Made by a program: the position numbers and the translations under genes. Shown piece after piece: positions 26,138 to 39,488 of a stretch of DNA of 64,000 nt (positions are counted from its first letter, which is position 1; each line of letters starts with the position of its first letter). The DNA comes from Chiloscyllium plagiosum (lineage: Eukaryota), in the NCBI RefSeq assembly GCF_004010195.1, contig NC_057751.1, positions 3,594,014 to 3,658,013 on the forward strand, read 5' to 3'. The notes beneath the pieces were generated by a model that was not told the origin of the DNA, did no database searches, and saw only the letters and a program-made list of their open reading frames with translations.

Positions 26138-27489
26138 GGTACCATGAGGTGCCATGTACCCATCATGTGGTCTCAGAGTCTGCAGATCTGGATTAACGAA
26201 CCAGAGGTAGGCGTTCAAATCTCATCAGTCACATTTTATACAACCCAGTAGCTTAATTGACACTATTACTGACAGGATTTTAATTTCCATTTCTGACGTT
26301 AGTCCATATTACTTATATACTAATTGCGTTTTGTTGGATGAAGGTGATTAGCATTAACTGAGGATTCACTTGGGCTCAGACACAGGAACAGACTGAATCT
26401 GGATTTTGATTTCAGGAGGTGAATACTTGCAAACTCAATCAATGTATGTAAATGCTTTTAAAAACTATGAAGTTTGGCTCCCTATTTGTCCTTCACCACT
26501 GAGCTTTCCAGAAAGTTACAATGTAGGCCTCTGGAATTCGAGTTCACTGCTCTGTCATGCCAAATGGGATTCTGTTAAAAGATGCTTAATGTTCAGCACT
26601 GCTTGCAAAACATGGGCCACCAGCACACTGTACCAAGTTGTTGTTACAAGATCCAGAAACCTCATGATCATCTATATCATCAGAAATGCAGCAGGTGGAT
26701 TGGATTGAAGGCGCAGATGCAGCTCTATTCTAATAGAGATCCATAGCAATGTGGTGACTCTTAAGTGCCCTCTGAAATGGTCCAGCAAACCCAAATGGCA
26801 ATGAGGGAAGGGCAATAAATGTTGGTCGAGTCAGCAATGCTCATGTCTCATGAATGAATAAAAACAAGACAGGGAAGTTGAGAACCAAGTGGGCTCACAG
26901 TTTTGATGATGTTGAAATGGTAACTCACAAGATATCTGAACTACTCTCCCCAAACAATGCAAACTTTGTGCCACCATTCAAACAGATCATTTTAAATGCA
27001 TTTTTCTTCAACACTTTAATTCAGCAGCGACATCCCTTCATGTCTTTTTCCCGACATGTGCCCATCAGACTCTCTGCGCTTCGTGCAAAATGTTTTGAAA
27101 ATCTTCTGTTCATCCTCTCCTGGCCATTAGCAAGCTTCTCAATATGCCAAATGGTTGGTTAATTGGAAGAGAATGAATTGTAGGGTCCTCCAGTAATCTT
27201 GCTTTGGAAACGGGAACATGTTCCAGAAGCACTATTTTCGAAGCACACCCACAGCTAATCTCACTGTCGGAAGAATTGACAACTTACTCCTGAAATGTGG
27301 AGTTTCTCCATTGTAATTCATGTAGAGCTGTACAGTACTTTTCAGGTCAGGACTCAATAGTCGAGTACTGTGACCTCATTTCCATTTGGACATTAATGCA
27401 ACTATTTGGTCTGCTACACTGTCATTCTGGATGACATCACTATCAGGAGCTGGTGATTCACGAAAAAATTCTGTGTCTTACAATCTTAT

Positions 27490-27583
27490 ACTCAACAACC
27501 ACCTGATGAAGGAGCAGCGCTCCAAACGCCAGTGCTTCCAAATAAACCTGTTGGACTATAACTTAGTGTTGTGTGATTTTTAA
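27490..27583 (+). mobile_element. Penelope-like end fragment (third family) with degenerate hammerhead
   Basis: CAC-CTGATGA-A-GGAGC-AGC-GCTCC-AAACGCCA-GTG. Confidence 0.65.
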
Positions 27584-29561
27584 ATCAGGAAATAGACAGG
27601 ACAGGGATATATCATTACTTTTGGGCCACACATTCTATATGTGCAATTATAAAAAAAAAATTCATGGATCCTGCTCCCTCACTGAGAACTTTGCTCAAAG
27701 GAACAGCTGGATTAACAAATTTATATGTTGAGGATCTGCATTTGGTTTACTCAGTTCAGTTCTTTCTTCCATTAGTCAGAATACCTCATGTTGCACAACC
27801 ATGCATACTTTTAAAAACAACAGCATTAGCAAAACAAAATAGGAATACAAGTGCGCTTCAAAAGCCGACAGGACTGGCAGTGCAAACCAGCTTCTGTTGA
27901 TCTCCAAAAATAGTCTCAATGATTGTTAACTATCAAGACCATTTCAGTAGGGACAAAAAGGATTGCAGTATATTGATACAGAGAAGTCCAATTGACTCAA
28001 AATTAATATCGTATGTGTCATACATTGGTGCATTATCAAAAAATGAAACATCTCTGTGCATCTCTATAGCTCCCCCCACCACATAAAAACAACACAAAGG
28101 TGAGCGAAACATGTGAAACACCAACCAGGTCTCCCACAGTGACTGAGTATGTGGAGCGATGGTTTGTACAGTATATTGCATGCTCTACATTAACTCCTTT
28201 TCAGAAGCATTTCCTGCTCAGATTTATATCAGGAACTGAATATAGTGTACTGTCATTTGGTAAGACGATAAAGCAATGAGTCATTTGTTTTAATCTGCAA
28301 AGCAAACAGATCAGCATTTCTGCTTCCACATATCGAAAATACCAACACACTGCAGACATGTTCCATGAGGCATCAATTCATGCTTCAGCCACAGCTAGGA
28401 AGCATTTGGTAATGGAAAGTTGAATTTAGAAACTAGAAAAGACTAACTTTTATGGAAAATAAATAACAGGAAGTCAATTCAACACAAACAGATGTTTCTG
28501 TTCCTGAAGTTAGTTTACGTTATGTTTCATAATCTCAAATTGATAAATAATTTGTGCCAGTCAAGTATTTCTCCAAACCTGCTCTTATCACTTTTATAGG
28601 ATAAGGACAGATAGACAAAACCTTCTGATGCAATATCAGGGAAAGAAATATTAAAAAAATCTTTTCCACAAATAAGTTGCAGTAGTGTAGAACTGAAATC
28701 CTCCTCACTGCCAAGTGTTATGACAGTTGGAGCCTCAAATATTTCTGCAGTTTTGAGGAGGTTGGAGATATTTTACAGAATGACTAGGTCATGAATGTTC
28801 ACAATAAATTTCTAGGTCTATGTTACTCAGTTATTGATTTACCTAATTCCAAATGAAATGGCCACAAGTGACAAACGGACACATTTGGAAAATCATGCAA
28901 GGTGAAATCGAGGGGTCATGTGGTCTTACAGTGGTATGGTTTCAAGATTCACGTGCTTCAATGTGTGTCTGACAAAATAGGTCCAAACAGGTTGATTAAA
29001 AATATCCTTAAAGGGGAAATTTTAGAGGCATCTGAGTGACATGGGCTTTGGCAAGATTTATGGCAGAATCAACTGATAAGTCCAGGAAGGCTGATCGTTA
29101 CGTCCAAAGTTTCTCCTGAGTCAGCCACGAGATGCTAATAAAGGGTGATTTTTTGGTAAATGCCTTATTAACGGTCCAACGTGCCTCACTAATGTTCAGC
29201 TTCCCTGAAAAACTACACAAAGACCAGTACTTCATCACCAAGTCACCCCTTATTTACTTCTCCATAGTACACTAGCTGTGGCCAGCTAATTCAGAGTCAG
29301 TCGCCTGGACAAAGGAGATCCTAGGTCCCCTGTTTATATCTGTCAGCCAAAGCTTCCCCAGGTCCACCTTCCACTACCAAACATGCCAAACAAGCTAGAT
29401 TTCAAATATCTAGCAGCTTCAGATCGCAACTTGCTTTGAGGTACCTCCACATTGGATACCAGGTATCAGTATCTCAGGGCATACTCCACGGACACTGGCT
29501 ACATGCACTCCACATCCATGGACATGAGCACCTGACGTGCTCCAACCTCTAAGGATTCTCC

Positions 29562-30192
29562 ACTTACAGGACACTTCTGCACTTCAACCTCGTCAGTGAT
29601 TCTACCTCATCTACTATGTCCATTGCTCTTGATGTGGTCTCCTCTATATTGGGGAGACAGGACACCAACTCATGTTTCAGAGAACATCTCTGGGACACAC
29701 GCAACAAACATCCCACTGCCCTGTGGTCAATGACTCTGCCAAGGACATGCAGGCCCTGGGCTCCCTCTATTGCCAAATTCTGGACACCTGACACCTGGAG
29801 GAAGAACACTTCATCTTCCACTTTGGGACCCTCCAACCACATGGCATCAACATTGATTTCACCAGTTTCCTCATCTTCCTTCCCTCCAACTCAGCCCAGA
29901 TCCAACCCTCCAACTTGGCATTGCTCCCTTGACCTGACCTACTATCCATCTTCCTTCCCACCTATCCACTCCATCCTCCCCACCGACTTATCACCATCAC
30001 CCCACTATCTGCATCTACCTATCGCAGTCAAGCTACCTTGTCCCCCCATCCCCACCCCTCGCCATTTCTAATAAAGGGCTTATGCCCAAAAAGTCGACTC
30101 TCCTGCTCCTCGGATGCTGCCTGACTTGCTGTGCTTTTCTAGCACTATACTCTCCACTCTGCTTTGCAGCATCTGCAGTCCTCACTATCTCC
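29562..30192 (+). mobile_element. Penelope-like GIY-YIG 3' remnant
   Basis: CGLLYIGET, FREHLWDTR, LEEEHFIFHFGTLQPHGINIDF; similar to 1-463. Confidence 0.8.
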
Positions 30193-30199
30193 GAGCACA

Positions 30200-30900
30200 G
30201 AGGACAGGCAAGGTTCATGGTATGGCCGGTTACAGAGGCTGACAGCTCGTGACAGAAGATGCTGCAAGCAATCGTGAGAGTGGTAAAGCATAAGCTTTGG
30301 TGGGAGGTGGGTACAGCAGCAGAGATGGTGTGAGTGTGGCATGTTGCAGAGTAGATAGTTGCACTTATGGTGGCAGAATGGAGAAGATCGTTGACTCTCT
30401 TCTGACATTGCCAGGCACTCCTCCAGATGGCTAACACTGCACTGATCTGGGTGCCAACCTTGGACCAAGCTGGGCATTATCAGATATCATATCTCCACTG
30501 CCACGCTAGGGACAAAGAGACATCCTGTGACGGCCCCACTTCATCCACTTGGCCATCAGCTGCCTGACAATAAAACAGCCCTCCAATTTCCCCATCTGCC
30601 ATGTTGGGTGGAAATGTCTGGAACTGTGCAAGGCAGCATCGTATTGAAATCCCGTTGCGCTTCACTGTCAAAGATAGCATGGATGCAAGAGTGCTGGTCT
30701 TTTGCTGAATATCCAATGAGTGGTGGATTGGTCAGGGAACAATGCACACTAAGATTGGGAAAGAAGCAGAAGGGAAGGCACCAGGAGAGCGGACTAGGTA
30801 GTTAATGAGGCAAATCTGGTGAGATGTGGTGAGAAACTTTGCAACAGCTTGTGGTGAAACCCGCCAAAAGAAAACTTGGATTTAGCCAATAGAGTCAGAT
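30200..30900 (-). mobile_element. Harbinger-type Myb/SANT-like ORF remnant
   Basis: Minus frame AWSKVGTQISAVLAIWRSAWQCQKRVNDLLHSAT matches the W..V...I.....RS..QC.KR.NDL pattern of Myb/SANT-like domains. Confidence 0.55.
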
Positions 30901-31601
30901 TCAAACCAGTTACATACTCCCATTAAATGATGAGGCTCTCTTTTTGTTAATAAATGATACAAAAAGATTCTATGTACCACGTTTTCATTATAGGGGGAGG
31001 GGGGAGTGGTGTCATAACCCTGCATCACCTACGCACATACTGAACTTTTAATTACAATATATGTTTTTTCTTAAAAGGAGATATTTTAAGTCAAATGATG
31101 GCTGCCTTTGTAAACTCAGTGGGTGATGGGACAGGAATTCTGAAACATCACAGCTGTACAGAGTCAGGGAAGGCTCAAATGTAAAGTCTTAAAAGGAAGA
31201 GTTAAAGAAAGAAACCCAGTGAAATGCTGTGACTGTGGAAAGTTCTAACTTGATAAGGCTCCCGATAAAAAGAACTACATTGGTGGTCTATTGTCGAATG
31301 TCAGACTGCTTGTTCATAATTGATATCAATAAGGGATGCACATGGAAAAAGTTGCAGCAGTTCAACGTCAACATCAGCTCCTCAATTTATCCAGGTTACC
31401 AGTGAACAAATGCTGAAAACAAATCCAAATTTTTGAGTGGGAAAGTAATGTCAATATCATCAGAGGTACTTTGATGTAACAGTTGTGAAAGCCTGAGCGA
31501 GTTGATAGTTGAAAAAGAGGGAGAGAAATTTTAAAAGAACTAAAAAGAAACAATTGAATTGAAACCTAATTTGCCTGCAAATGTTCTTTTGAGTAAAAAA
31601 G

Positions 31602-31916
31602 GGGCGGCACAGTGGCTCAGTGGTTCGCACTGCTGCCTCACAGCACCAGGGTCCCAGGTTCAATTCTAGACTGGGGTGACTGTCTGTGTGGAGTTTGCAC
31701 ATTCTCCTGTGTCTGCGTGGGTTTCCTCCGGGTGCTCCAGTTTCTTCCCGCAGTCTAAAGATGTGCAGGTCAGGTGAATTGGCCATGCTAAACTGCCCAT
31801 AGTGTTAGGGGCATTAGTCAGAGGGAAATGGGTCTGGGTGGGTTACTCTTTGGAGGGTCAGTGTGGACTGGTTGGGCTGAAGGGCCTGTTTCCACACTGC
31901 AGGAAATCTAATCTAA
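31602..31916 (+). mobile_element. Full-length HE1-type SINE
   Basis: GGGCGGCACAGTGGCTCAGTGG (A box), GGTTCAATTC (B box), tail AATCTAATCTAA. Confidence 0.9.
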
Positions 31917-32189
31917 ACTACCATTAATGTAGCATCATTCATGAACTCAAGATATTCCAGAATGCTTTCAAAGCTAATGAAGTTTTTTCTAATCATAATC
32001 AAAATTGGGGAGTTTCAGCAGCCAACATGCTCCCACCAAAATCTGTCAGGTATGCTGTGCTGACGTTCATTCAGTACTGATTGCACAGGGGCAAGATCTT
32101 GCTTCCTTGGAACTGTGATGTCAGAGCATTTGCTTGAGCTAAGAGGGTAGCGGGGCAGGGAGGTAAAATGTGTTTGGAGTCAGACTTTT

Positions 32190-32560
32190 TCTTATTTTTT
32201 AATGGGACAGGATGCTATTGAGAAAGCCAAACTATCCATTAAGTGAGGAGTTTGCTTTGCCATTTCAGAAGGCAGTTGTGTGTGCCAAGCACATTGCTGT
32301 GGGTGGGGTGTCACAGACAGGTCAGTCCAGGGACCTTCGGCACATAACCTTCTCTTAAGGACACTGGTGAACCAGATGGGTTTTTAGGACAACTGATTAC
32401 AGTTGCATTGTCACTATTATAGCAACTATGGTTTAATTCCAGATTTTAAAAATTAAATTTAAAATCCACCATCAGCCATGGTGGAATTTAAACATATCCG
32501 TACGGCAAGACCTGATCCTCTGCATTACTAGTTCAGTGACATCACTACAATGTCACTCTC
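32190..32560 (-). mobile_element. Second, older tRNA-derived SINE family
   Basis: Head reverse of TAGTGATGTCACTGAACTAGTAAT; CACATTGCTGTGG is the reverse of the fragment at ~26740-26853. Confidence 0.5.
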
Positions 32561-35500
32561 TCTCCTCAAGCCCATGACTTTTGGGCTCTGAGGCATAAAT
32601 GATTGGAACTGTGCAAGGCTAAAACTTGCTATACTCTACTTATTCCTGTCTCCAAAGAACTTCTGTTCCAGTTTTTGTGGTTGAGACTTAATGTCTTCAT
32701 GTTTCAAGACATGAAAACTAAATCTTGCCTTTGCAGTGCAGTCCCAAAATTACAAGAACAAGTTGAAAAATACCACAATGCTGTCACTCACTCAAAAACA
32801 TCTCTAACTGCTGAAGAAATGTATTCACTATGCATTCCAGTGATTCAGGGAAGGACACTTTTAAAAAAAGTCTCTCTGTATTTTGAGCGAGGTCGGGAAA
32901 AAAAATCAATAACGTTTCTAAACACTTGCAAAGTATCCTTTTCGGGACAGAGAAGTCCAGGCCTTATTCAATGGCAATTTAGATTATTAAATATGTTCCC
33001 AGACACTCATTGTGTTACAGAATCAAAGAATCATACAGGATAGAAGAGGGCCTTCAGCCCATCTTCATTGTTTTCTTGCTTTTTCTGCAATATCCATGGA
33101 CAGCAAATCATTTTCTAGTCACTCTGTGTCTGTCTACAATGGCAAAGATAAACCCGTGTTGAAGTTGATTCCAATGATACAAGCGGGGTCCAGTACTGAG
33201 TCCACACAGCCAATCTTCCAGATGCGAGCCCAAGCAGATACTGTTGGCTGGCTGGTGGCCGATAGAGATGATTATTATTAAACATTTTGATATACACAGT
33301 TTTCAACAGGAGTTCTTGAATTATAACCAGTCATAACAGAGTCGGGTCCCCCATTACCGAGCTGTTGCGTCCTTAACCCAGTGCTAACTCAGATCAGCAC
33401 AGAGTCGGGACTATTTTGATTTGTTACTTCTCGTGTCGAAGATAAGAGACAAAGTAAGATTTGAGTTTGACTGTAAAGTTGCACCGCTTCATTTCCACCA
33501 CTAGTTGTTGCTAATGTGCATTGTGTTTAAACAGCACTTTAGTGGCGCCAAGTGGTCGAACCAAGAACTACAGTAAAATCGCACAAACTAATTCTGGGCT
33601 CGATTGAGGACAGGGATGGATTTCTGCAATTTTGCAATCCAAATTGCGATAAGCAGGCCCCAATTGTCGAGTTTCATATTCCTGGATTTTCTTTTACCTC
33701 TTTACACACACTAACTGGAATTTAGAAACAAAGCACTAAGAAATGAGAGCCAACATGATGCTTTCAGTCTTAAGAGAACCTAAGTTGGCTTCACAATACC
33801 TTCCTGATTAAATAATTAAATCAAGTGAGTTTGAGGAGATCCTGGCTACTCATGATACAGAAGAGGACATGTTTAACCAGGCACAAACTCCAGTGAACCG
33901 CCCTATCCCGACTGTCTTCAAGTCTGCATTTGAAATTGCAACTCATGCCAGGTTTTCACAAAGTTGCTCTTTCAAATTTTTGCCTCAAGCCCCATTTTTA
34001 TATCATACCAGTTTAACTATGTTAAAGACCATTCTTGGTACAGATCACTTGTGCACAATGTCAGGACACCAGCCAAGGTATCATGAACTCTGCAAAAATG
34101 GACTTCAGCTTTGTTCACAAAGCTTTATCAAGTTTCTGAAGATACATGGATTTGCAGGTAATCTTATCCCTTGAGATGATGTGTTTCATCCAATGGATTT
34201 TAGAGAACAGAGAAATTTTAGATCATGTGTCTATCTGGGCTTCACCAGAATTTCAAAATCAATTTAAATTCCCGACCGTGGTTACAATGTGAGACAATCT
34301 GTGAGTAACCATGGAAACAGAGCCTGTAGCCATTGCAGCACAGGCTGTATGCTTCTTTTGCTGAGATTCTGTCCATCATACTGAGATGTTAAACTAAAGT
34401 CAACGTGTTCTGGTAATGATGAACTCCTCTTGAAGCATATCTGCAAATGGGCATGTGGCTATGTGGAGCTGGTTTACTGGTGCCATACTTGAGAATCAGT
34501 AAGTCATTAAAAGATGTCTCAGACTGGAAGAAAATAAAGCAAGTGCAAATTGATACCATTATTTTGGAACTGCAGCTGTCAAAAAAGTATGTCCCTTCCA
34601 CCTCAACATTGATATCAACAGCTTTTAGATGCCAAGCAGAGGCTCTCAATGATTGAAATATCTTTTTTGCTGAAAGCTTGAATCTTGCTAACATGAGATG
34701 TATTAAAAATTGATGATTTCAAATTGAGATCATCATTTTGCTTGCTTCTGGTTTTCCATATATCTTACTTACATTGAAGAAAGAGACTGGCAGTGCTTAG
34801 CAGCAAAATTAACATAAGAAAAGACACTGGCCTAGCTCTTGAACAATTAAGGCCAATAAAATGGACAGGTAGCACATGCACAGTTCCACAAGTGAACCAC
34901 CCAATGAACAAGTCAAGATTTATAATTTAGCAACGGATGAGGTACTTGTTCAGCTTGTCACACATACAAATTGGAGGTCTAATACAATTTGTTTTCTAGG
35001 AATGGCTTACTCTGAAGGACCTATCACCATCACAGGCAACACTGTGGGAAACGAATTCCTTTTTGACCAAACTGGGGGAGGGTTAGGGTCAGCTTCTTTG
35101 AAAGCAGAATTTGGATACACGAGCAGCAGTAGTATTCCTGATCAGACATGAGAAAAAGATTTGTGCTGCTATCCTAAGACCCCCATTGGTGATCTCAAAC
35201 CAAGATCTCAATCTCTGGATGTTGGCCTCTTGATTGCATAACCTGGAGACCTACTTAGCCAGCACTTACACCAGCTGCAACAAGACTTTCTGCAAAATGA
35301 GATCATCTATGGCTCATGGTCCCATTAATCTAGGGCCTCATCATGTGTGCCCAGCAAAAGTACCCTGTGGCCCCTTTCTGCAACAAAAAAATGATAATCT
35401 CTGGGCGAGTATCATACATTGAAGAATGTTTCAGCATCAATTATACATGCTCAGTTTGTTACCTCACAATCAGGCTCAGTATGCCTTCTGAAGAGTATGC

Positions 35501-37794
35501 ATTCACTAATGTCATCACTGTTTACTAAATTTAAGATAAGTCACTGTCACCAATCAATGCCAGCACTTACTAGGACAAAACAAAGTTTAACAATCAAAAC
35601 AAATGAATCATAAATTGCTGAACAACTTTTTTAAAACAAGGTTGTCAGTCGTGGTTTACTTTCAAAGAGTCAGCATTAAATACCCAAAAGTTTAAGACCT
35701 TTAACTCAACCAGATGAGGATCCTGAAACTGACTGTCAATTGTTAAAGAAAGCTGCACTGAATGCAAAATCTGTGCAAGATATCTTTGTGGGTTGAACTA
35801 ATTAACTAAACCTGGGACAATGAAACAGTGAGTTCAGATGCTACTCCACCTCTCACAAAAAAGTTGCCACCTCCAGTTGCGGTTACAGAAAATCCCGCTG
35901 CTTCAGAAAAGGCATCAGCAAATATTTTCACTATGTGTAAAATAAATAACATTTGACCACTTCCAAAATTGAATCAATGGGTTTTTCCCCGCCTGTGAAA
36001 AGGAGAGTTTGACCGAATGGAATTAAGTGCACGTACTTCATGCAAGTCTTTGCATGTCAGCACTCACTGATGCCTACTTTCATTATTTACTGAAACAACC
36101 ACATTTGTTTGTCACAACACTTATGCATTCCTAAGAAGAATTTCAAACTACATTAGAAAAGGTATTCCAGGAAAATTCCTATCGAAGTTGCTTCTATGAA
36201 TAAACCTGAAATAACACATTTCACTTTTTCAAAAAACGTGCGAAGATACGGTGGTTATTTTATCCAGAGTGAAAACAGGCATTAAATAGATACAATGCTA
36301 AAAATGCCAGCTTCCTTGAAAAACTGTATTTATCACACAATTTTGGTCCTCAGTCCTGATCACCTGAAAGCAAATTTTCCTCAAGGCGCTATGCAGACAG
36401 TTGCAAGTTCAGCTCTCCAGTCCTGATCAGATGCTGTCTTCATAGAGCAGTATAGAAACAAAGGGTGGAGTCTTACAGGGGTCTGAGTGACGTGGGGTAT
36501 GGTAAGATCTGTGGTAATACTGTGCCAGAAGAAAAATTAAGTGCATCTCAATATCAAGATCGTCTTTTATGTTTTTCACAAGCGATGTATTAAGATTCTC
36601 GCTGCCAAGCGACAAGTTGTCAAGTGATGGCAATTAATGCTCGTGAAGATCCTATTTATGGCCAGACTAGCCTCATTAATATTCCATGTGTGGTCTTCCC
36701 AAACTCATCTGGCTGTACAGACATTGGGAAAACCTGATACTGAAACCAGAGCAGGTGCTTGGTGGGTTGAGCTCACCACTTGTTATATGCGGCCTCCATG
36801 TTGAACACTGGACACCGACATCTCAGAGTATGTTTCTTGGACATCAGCCACATGCATCCCACGTCCATGGACACTGGCATTCAACATGCATTAGTGTCTC
36901 AGAACCTTCATGGCATATTTCTGATCCACTCACAGGATGCTTCTGCACTTCAATGCTGCATCTGGGGCTTAAGCACTGAGCTCAAGGTTGCATTTCCATG
37001 CTCTTCACTCACTGTTAAAGCACTCACAGACCTGGCAGCTACCTCACCTTTATGCATTTTCCCACCCAATTCAGAGATAACAGGTTCAGATTACTACTTT
37101 CTTGCCATTCCGTTTGGCAAGGCACAAAGCAAAGCTTGGCATAGTTGTGACTCGACTTCAGTACAGTAGGTCAAGGCCAGGCTCCAAGTGTAGCCCAGAG
37201 CCTTCTTGGGGAGGTCAGAGTCTTAGACTAAATGTAAGACTTACTTGGCTGCATAACATCAAAGCAAAGGTCCCTGAGTTTCATAGAACCACAGAGCACC
37301 AAAGGAGGGCATTCAACCCATCATGTTTGCTCTGGGACCTTGCAAGTGTTTGATGGCGACCCTTAACAATTCACTTCTCTGTCCCCAGACATTTTTGTTC
37401 CTTTTTAAGTATTAAATCAATTAAATCCTTCCAGCACAGCCTGCCAGATCATAATACCTCATCATGCCCTGTTCCCTTTGATTGGTCTTTATACTGAACT
37501 TTCTCATCCATACCTTCAGATGGTTCCATGGTGTTGCAGATGACAAGAGCTTCTGTACTACTCAGCCATGTCAGAATTCAACCAGCTTGTGATTGTTGAC
37601 CTTGTGTTTTTACAGGATATCCTCCTCGTCCGTGAGCTCACAGACCATAACATCCTCACTTTCTAGGGGCGTGTCAATGTGTGATGCTGTGTGCAAGTCA
37701 AACTTCCAAAACATTATGCTTTTTAAATCAGGGTGAGTGGGTAGGTCCCCACTGCAAGACGGTAATGGAGGTGCCTCTGTTTGGATCGAGATGC

Positions 37795-38105
37795 TGGCTC
37801 AGCGGTTCGCACTGCTGCCTCACAGCACAAGAGAACTTGGGTAACAGTCTATGTAGAGTTTCACATTCTCCAATTGTCTATATGGGCTTCTTCTGGGTGC
37901 TTTGGGTTCTTGCCACATCCAAAAATGTGCAAGCTAGGTGGATTGGCCATGCTAAATTGCCATTAGTGTCCAGGGATGTGTAGGTTAGGCATAGGAGGGT
38001 TACAGGGACGTGGTGTGGAGTTGTGTCTCGTTAGATGCTCTTTAGACAGTTGGTGTACTCAATGGGCCAAATGGCCTGCTTTCATACTGCAGGAATTCTA
38101 TGATT
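37795..38105 (+). mobile_element. Diverged HE1 SINE
   Basis: GGCTCAGCGGTTCGCACTGCTGCCTCACAGC...ATTCTATGATT. Confidence 0.8.
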
Positions 38106-38892
38106 CCTGATCCTTCTGCAGTGGATGTAGTTTCTTTCTACTCCATTAAAGAAAACCTCAGCTAAATCTCCCCCCTCCGATCTTCTCTGCTCTGAGGATA
38201 AACTTTTTTATTTCTTTCACATGCTGAAATAATGTTCAGTAAATTATACAGAAGGATTCGTTATTTCCCATGCAAACCCTGCATTTTAATTGTCCTCAGT
38301 AAGTGCCTGAAGGTGAAAGGTTGGAAAATCAATTTTTCATTGATTAACCTGGAACCTTTACTCGATTGCTAAAAGTGCCAAATTTTTCAAAAGACTTTAT
38401 GCCTTTTTGTTTTATTTCTAAAAGATAATTCCTAATGGAATTAAGTTACATTGCGTGGACAGCAAACAGGCCATTCAGTCCAACTGCTTTTCTAACGGCA
38501 TTATGTGCTCTACACAAATCTCCTCTCACTCCACCTCATTTAACATAATTTCCATGTTCTCGAATTCCATTTTTCATCATCTGTTAATCTATTTTATTGT
38601 TAAATGGTCCCTTAGATAGCACGTTCCACGTTCTTTCTGGGTAAGGACGTTTCCCCTGAGTTCTCAATTGGATTTACTCGGGTCTGGTCTTGGGCACTTC
38701 ACAAATGAAAACATTTTCCTTTGGTCTGCTTTACTGATTCACTTCAATACTTCTCTAAGATCACTCCTCCATTCTGTTGCAGAATTTGGGGTTCTTTCCA
38801 GCTCACTTTTTCTACCCTCAGAATGAAAATCATTCTTGTTTGAATAATTGTCTGCACTTGTTCTGAAGTTATGCATTGACTGAACTCAGATA

Positions 38893-39076
38893 GGTAAAAA
38901 CAATGACTGCAGATGCTGGAAACCAGATTCTGGATCAGTGGTGCTGGAAGAGCACAGCAATTCAGGCAGCATCCGATGAGCAGCAAAATCGACGTTTCGG
39001 GTAAAAGCCCTTAATCAGGAATAAAGGCAGAGAGCCTGAAGCGTGGAGAGATAAGTTAGAGGAGGGTGGGGGTGGG
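38893..39076 (-). mobile_element. Young Penelope-like 3'-end insertion with 11-bp TSD
   Basis: GAACTCAGATA at 38882-38892 and 39077-39087; reverse complement of ~280-463. Confidence 0.85.
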
Positions 39077-39112
39077 GAACTCAGATATCCTGGTCCTGGT
39101 CAGCGTTCATAC

Positions 39113-39191
39113 TTGCAGAGCAGAAGCAATATGATCAGAAGAACAATAAAGATGCCTCTATTTTCCCCAAATGCTCGGCTTTCAGTCAAAC
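39113..39191 (-). CDS. Candidate transmembrane exon (GLTESRAFGENRGIFIVLLIILLLLC)
   Basis: 12 consecutive hydrophobic codons then donor AA|GTATGA; weak GAG acceptor; phase-compatible with 39456-39488. Confidence 0.35.
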
Positions 39192-39455
39192 CTCAGAAAA
39201 ACCAGCTGCAAACAAAAACGCTGGGGTGTCTTCACCCTATTTGAAGCAAGTGACAGTAAGCGAATCCTTTGCCAAGTCACCAGGTAAGACATTAAACTCC
39301 ATGTCAACTTGCGCCAGTCTGAGAAACTTTGTGTTCTTCTGCTAACCATACTGGCTGTGCAAGGAACTGGTTTAATTTTCCATCTTCTCTGCCAGATAGC
39401 AGTCAAGTCTTTTATTTTGTTACATAAAAAGTGAAAGAAAAATGCAGTAACTCAC

Positions 39456-39488
39456 CCAAAGTCGTGTTTGTGGTGTCAAAACCATGAG
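39456..39488 (-). CDS. Candidate 33-nt phase 1-1 exon (xHGFDTTNTTL)
   Basis: CTCTTACATTTCAAG| ... TGG|GTGAGT. Confidence 0.35.

Noticed and set aside
31602..31680. tRNA gene
   Set aside because: The A/B boxes belong to the tRNA-derived SINE head; no cloverleaf.
33535..33560. CTCF-like site
   Set aside because: Spacing does not fit the consensus on either strand.
34389..35613. Cluster of short ORFs
   Set aside because: No recognisable motif or consistent frame; possibly a very old LINE.
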